Below, in pieces: positions 61,242 through 64,000 of a stretch of 64,000 nt of DNA (within the stretch, counting starts at the first letter, position 1; each line of letters starts with the position of its first letter). The DNA is from Roseiflexus sp. Lineage in GTDB: Bacteria > Chloroflexota > Chloroflexia > Chloroflexales > Roseiflexaceae. The notes beneath the pieces are model-generated. The model worked only from the letters and a program-made list of their open reading frames with translations, did not search any database and was not told the DNA's origin. The stretch spans positions 4,358-68,357 of the forward strand of contig JANXAL010000127.1 in NCBI GenBank assembly GCA_025062325.1, in the 5' to 3' direction. Made by a program: the position numbers and the translations under genes.

Positions 61242-61338
61242 AGTTCTCTCTTTGCCTAGTGATGCTGAGGTCTCACAGCATCGCGACTAGAACGCTCCTT
61301 TCTGCTGACTACGACGCACCTGACGAGGTGAAAGTTGC

Positions 61339-61731
61339 ATGACGCGCCATCTTGCCGTTCTGCGCGAACCCTACTTGAGCCGGATTCTCGCTGGCGAGAA
61401 AACGATTGAGTCGCGCTTCCTGCGCGTGCGCGCGGCGCCGTATGGCTGTGTTACCGCCGGTGATACACTCTTTCTCAAACGCGCTAGCGGACCAATCGTT
61501 GCCACGGCGCGGGCAGCGCGTGTTGTCATGTTCGATGATCTGACTCCAGCGCGCGTTGCAGCATTGCTCGAACGCTACGCTGGCGGACTCCGCCTTGACG
61601 ACGATATGCGCGCTCGCGCCCAATCCAGCCGCTACGCAGTGCTCATCTGGCTGACCGATGTCGCGCCGATCAGCGATCCGCCACTTGTTTCCAAGCGCGA
61701 CCGGCGCGCATGGGTGGTGCTAGAAAGTTGA
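61339..61731 (+). CDS. ASCH-domain protein
   Basis: N-terminal YLSRILAGEKTIESR motif typical of ASCH (ASC-1 homology) domains. 130 aa. Confidence 0.5.
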   Translation: MTRHLAVLREPYLSRILAGEKTIESRFLRVRAAPYGCVTAGDTLFLKRASGPIVATARAARVVMFDDLTPARVAALLERYAGGLRLDDDMRARAQSSRYAVLIWLTDVAPISDPPLVSKRDRRAWVVLES

Positions 61732-61747
61732 CGCCACGCAGTGGAAA

Positions 61748-61756
61748 TGATACTAT
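61748..61756 (+). promoter_or_regulatory. Candidate extended -10 (TGaTACTAT) promoter for sucC
   Basis: 40 nt upstream of the sucC ATG. GGGAGAGG SD follows. Confidence 0.3.
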
Positions 61757-61794
61757 CCGCGTAAAATACACACGAGCAGGGAGAGGAACAGGCG

Positions 61795-62934
61795 ATGAAG
61801 CTGCACGAGTACCAGGCGCGCGACATCCTGGCGCGCTACGGTGTCCCGGTGACAGGCGGCGGTGTCGCGACGACGCCAGCGGAGGCGCGCGCGATCGCCG
61901 AGCAGATCGGCGGGCGGGTTGTGGTTAAGGCGCAGGTGTTTGTTGGCGGGCGCGGCAAAGCAGGCGGCGTCAAACTCGCCGATACCCCGGAACAGGCGGA
62001 ACAGGTCGCCAGCCAGATCCTTGGGATGAACATCAAAGGTCTGACGGTCGAAAAGGTGCTGGTTGCCGAAGCCATTACCTATGAGCGTGAACTCTATCTG
62101 GGCGCGATTATGGACCGCTCCTTGCGGCGGATCGTTATGATGGCATCGGCGGAAGGCGGCGTCGAAATCGAGGAAGTCGCCAAAACCAATCCGCAGGCGA
62201 TTGTCAAAGTTGCAGCACACCCGATGCTTGGGCTGCTCGATTTCCAGGCGCGCGATCTTGCCTATGGCATTGGGTTGACCGACGCAAAACAGGCGCGTCA
62301 GTTCGCGCAGATCGCCATGGCGCTCTACCGCGCCTATATGGACGTTGATGCGTCACTGGCAGAGATCAACCCGCTTGTTGTGCGCGCCGACGGATCATTG
62401 CAAGCGCTCGACTCGAAGATCGTATTAGACGACAGCGGTCTTTTCCGCCATCCTGACCTCGAAGCGATGCGCGATGCATCGGACGAACCGGAAGCTGAGC
62501 AGCGCGCCCGCGAGGCGGGCATTTCGTACATCAAGCTCGACGGCAACATTGGCTGCATGGTCAACGGCGCCGGGTTGGCGATGGCGACAATGGACGTCAT
62601 CAAACTGTATGGCGGTGAGCCTGCCAACTTCCTCGACATTGGCGGCGGTGCAGGCAAGGAGAAAGTCAAGACCGCGCTTCAAATCATTCTCTCTGATCCA
62701 AATGTAAAAGCGGTGATGGTCAATATCTTCGGCGGCATCACCCGTGTCGATGAAGTGGCAAAAGGCATTGTCGCCGCGTTGTCGGAGGTCAAGACCGATG
62801 TGCCGATGATTGCACGTTTGGTTGGCACGAACGAAGAAGAAGGGCGACGCATCCTGGCGGAGTCGGCATTGATCCCGGCGGCGACGCTGGCGGAAGCGGC
62901 AGAGAAGGCCGTCCAGGCAGCGCGCTCGCGGTGA
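61795..62934 (+). CDS. sucC: Succinyl-CoA synthetase (ADP-forming) beta subunit
   Basis: Near-colinear similarity to SucC ([16 protein letters not shown]..., [37 protein letters not shown]..., [11 protein letters not shown]). Confidence 0.9.
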   Translation: MKLHEYQARDILARYGVPVTGGGVATTPAEARAIAEQIGGRVVVKAQVFVGGRGKAGGVKLADTPEQAEQVASQILGMNIKGLTVEKVLVAEAITYERELYLGAIMDRSLRRIVMMASAEGGVEIEEVAKTNPQAIVKVAAHPMLGLLDFQARDLAYGIGLTDAKQARQFAQIAMALYRAYMDVDASLAEINPLVVRADGSLQALDSKIVLDDSGLFRHPDLEAMRDASDEPEAEQRAREAGISYIKLDGNIGCMVNGAGLAMATMDVIKLYGGEPANFLDIGGGAGKEKVKTALQIILSDPNVKAVMVNIFGGITRVDEVAKGIVAALSEVKTDVPMIARLVGTNEEEGRRILAESALIPAATLAEAAEKAVQAARSR

Positions 62935-62946
62935 CGGTGCGTCCCT

Positions 62947-62985
62947 GAATGCTGCGGTAGCGACGTTGCGCGCAACGTCGCTACT
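62947..62985 (+). terminator. Strong intrinsic terminator after sucC
   Basis: Perfect 28-nt palindrome gtagcgacgttgcg|cgcaacgtcgctac followed by the T-rich tract tatgatttt. Confidence 0.6.
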
Positions 62986-63640
62986 ATGATTTTCCACTGT
63001 AGGGTAGCCAGGGCGACTCAGCAGATCAATGGCGCCGGTGTGACCGAAATGGAGATAGCCCTCGCTGAGAAGATCGCCGAGCGTGCGCCATCGGCAGAGC
63101 AGGTGCTGCTCTGCAATACCGGCTCGGAAGCGCGCTACAATGCAATCCGCTTTGCGCGCGCTGTCACCGGCTGCTAACGCCTGATCAAGTTTCAGGGTTG
63201 TTACCACGGGATCCACGACAAAGCACTGATGAACATCATCCGTCCGGCAGAGAAGGCCAGCAGCATTGACGGCGTTTCCGGCGAGCATGCTCCCAGAGAC
63301 GGCAGCGCATGCGCTGGTATTGCCCTTCTATAATGTTGACGCTTGCGAGACAACTTTTGCACGCTGCGGCGATGAGATCGCTGCCGTGATACTTGAGCCG
63401 ATCCCCCACAATGTCGGGTGTATCGTTCCGACCCCAGGCTTGCCCGCAACCTGAGTTGTTTGACTGCCTGCGCATGCGCAGCAATATTGTCGAATCGCTG
63501 CTCGGCGAACTACGTGTCGCAGCAGAGAACCGTGGCGTGAAGATCGGCGTCGCCGCCTCAATATTCATCTGCCAGCACGGAAGACCTGATGAGCAAGGCC
63601 CTGATTGCAGCAATGAAGACGCAGGGTGAGTCTATAATTT
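62986..63640 (+). pseudogene. Remnant of a class-III aminotransferase (glutamate-1-semialdehyde aminomutase HemL-like) gene: N-terminally truncated, in-frame stop, frameshift
   Basis: ...[35 protein letters not shown]... (TAA at 63175 interrupts the conserved TGR-x-IKFEGCYHG motif). Continues in another frame as LPFYNVDACETTFARCGDEIAAVILEPIPHNVGCIVPTPGL (63266-63454). No promoter or RBS. Sits directly after the sucC terminator. Confidence 0.5.
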
Positions 63641-63773
63641 CAGCTATGGGCTGCTCACCCGAAAGCGGCGGTATCGGGTCGCCGCAGCAATTGCAGCCCT
63701 GGCCGCTCGCCAGCAAGCTCAGCACGTGTCGAAAGGCGCAGGAGCTGGCAGTATCACCATGAGGAGGAAATGT

Positions 63774-64000
63774 ATGCACCGTTCCGTTCGGCGTTCGATG
63801 TCACGCGTCTTCAGCGCAATGACGGTCCTAGTCTTCCTGCTCAGTGCCTGTGGCGCCCAACCGCAAGCTTCACCACCGACCAGCGCACCGGCAACGCCGA
63901 CGACAACCACTGTCCCCGCCGAGCTTACCGTCACTCAGTCGCCCGTGGCGCCGACTACCCCCCCAACGCCAGCCAGCGCTATGGGCAGCTCTTTGACTGT
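63774..64000 (+). CDS. Putative lipoprotein with Pro/Thr-rich N-terminal region, 3'-partial (continues beyond window)
   Basis: AGGAGG SD, then MHRSVRRSMSRVFSAMTVLVFLLSACGAQP (signal peptide + lipobox), then a PT-rich low-complexity stretch. Confidence 0.4.
   Translation, partial: MHRSVRRSMSRVFSAMTVLVFLLSACGAQPQASPPTSAPATPTTTTVPAELTVTQSPVAPTTPPTPASAMGSSLT

Noticed and set aside
62425-63288. 287-aa minus-strand ORF
   Set aside because: Mostly antisense to sucC. Shadow ORF.

Overview
High-GC bacterial chromosome segment, consistent with a filamentous Chloroflexota (Roseiflexus/Chloroflexus-like) genome; the organism guess is inference from composition, the hairpin repeat family and the LysW-type gene cluster. 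Most of the window is ordinary housekeeping and metabolic genes, interrupted by accessory-looking patches.

Main content, in order:
- LysW-type amino-group-carrier lysine biosynthesis operon (partial dehydrogenase, lysW, lysX, lysY, an atypical LeuA/HCS-like DRE-TIM protein, lysZ, and a 4-nt-coupled MFS transporter).
- guaA, a GHMP kinase (mevalonate kinase-like), mnmA, DUF1385 and a DUF4388 + MglA-like small GTPase pair, an MBL hydrolase, comF.
- A long minus-strand string: miaB, CPBP protease, TPR protein, a terminator-like hairpin, then a novel internally duplicated protein, an AAA+ ATPase and a CpaF-type secretion ATPase.
- mogA/moaB, a YidD fusion, fmt, Zn-ADH, SPFH protein, PfkB kinase, REC-GGDEF regulator, 1177-aa TPR protein, class-III aminotransferase, gmd.
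- GT2 + flippase-like pair, ThrH-like phosphatase, two giant GT-C-like membrane proteins, thiolase, PspC-domain protein, ASCH protein, sucC, and a HemL-like pseudogene.

Accessory or unusual parts:
- Four clusters of a dispersed hairpin repeat family (core CCCCTTCTCC-N7-GGAGAAGGGG) plus GGCCTGCCCCTAC elements; one copy recodes the 3' end of a gene.
- A ~1.9-kb low-GC island carrying a two-TM coiled-coil protein and a small lipoprotein.
- Two in-gene microsatellites (a 7-bp unit x9 and a GC-rich ~15-bp unit) inside a membrane protein gene.
- The top candidate for a novel system: a translationally coupled CHAT-protease gene followed by a STAND-type P-loop NTPase that contains a transmembrane helix and a C-terminal WD40 propeller. 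This looks like a programmed cell death or defence-type conflict module. It sits next to the giant membrane proteins and repeat clusters.

No rRNA, tRNA or CRISPR array was detected by eye.
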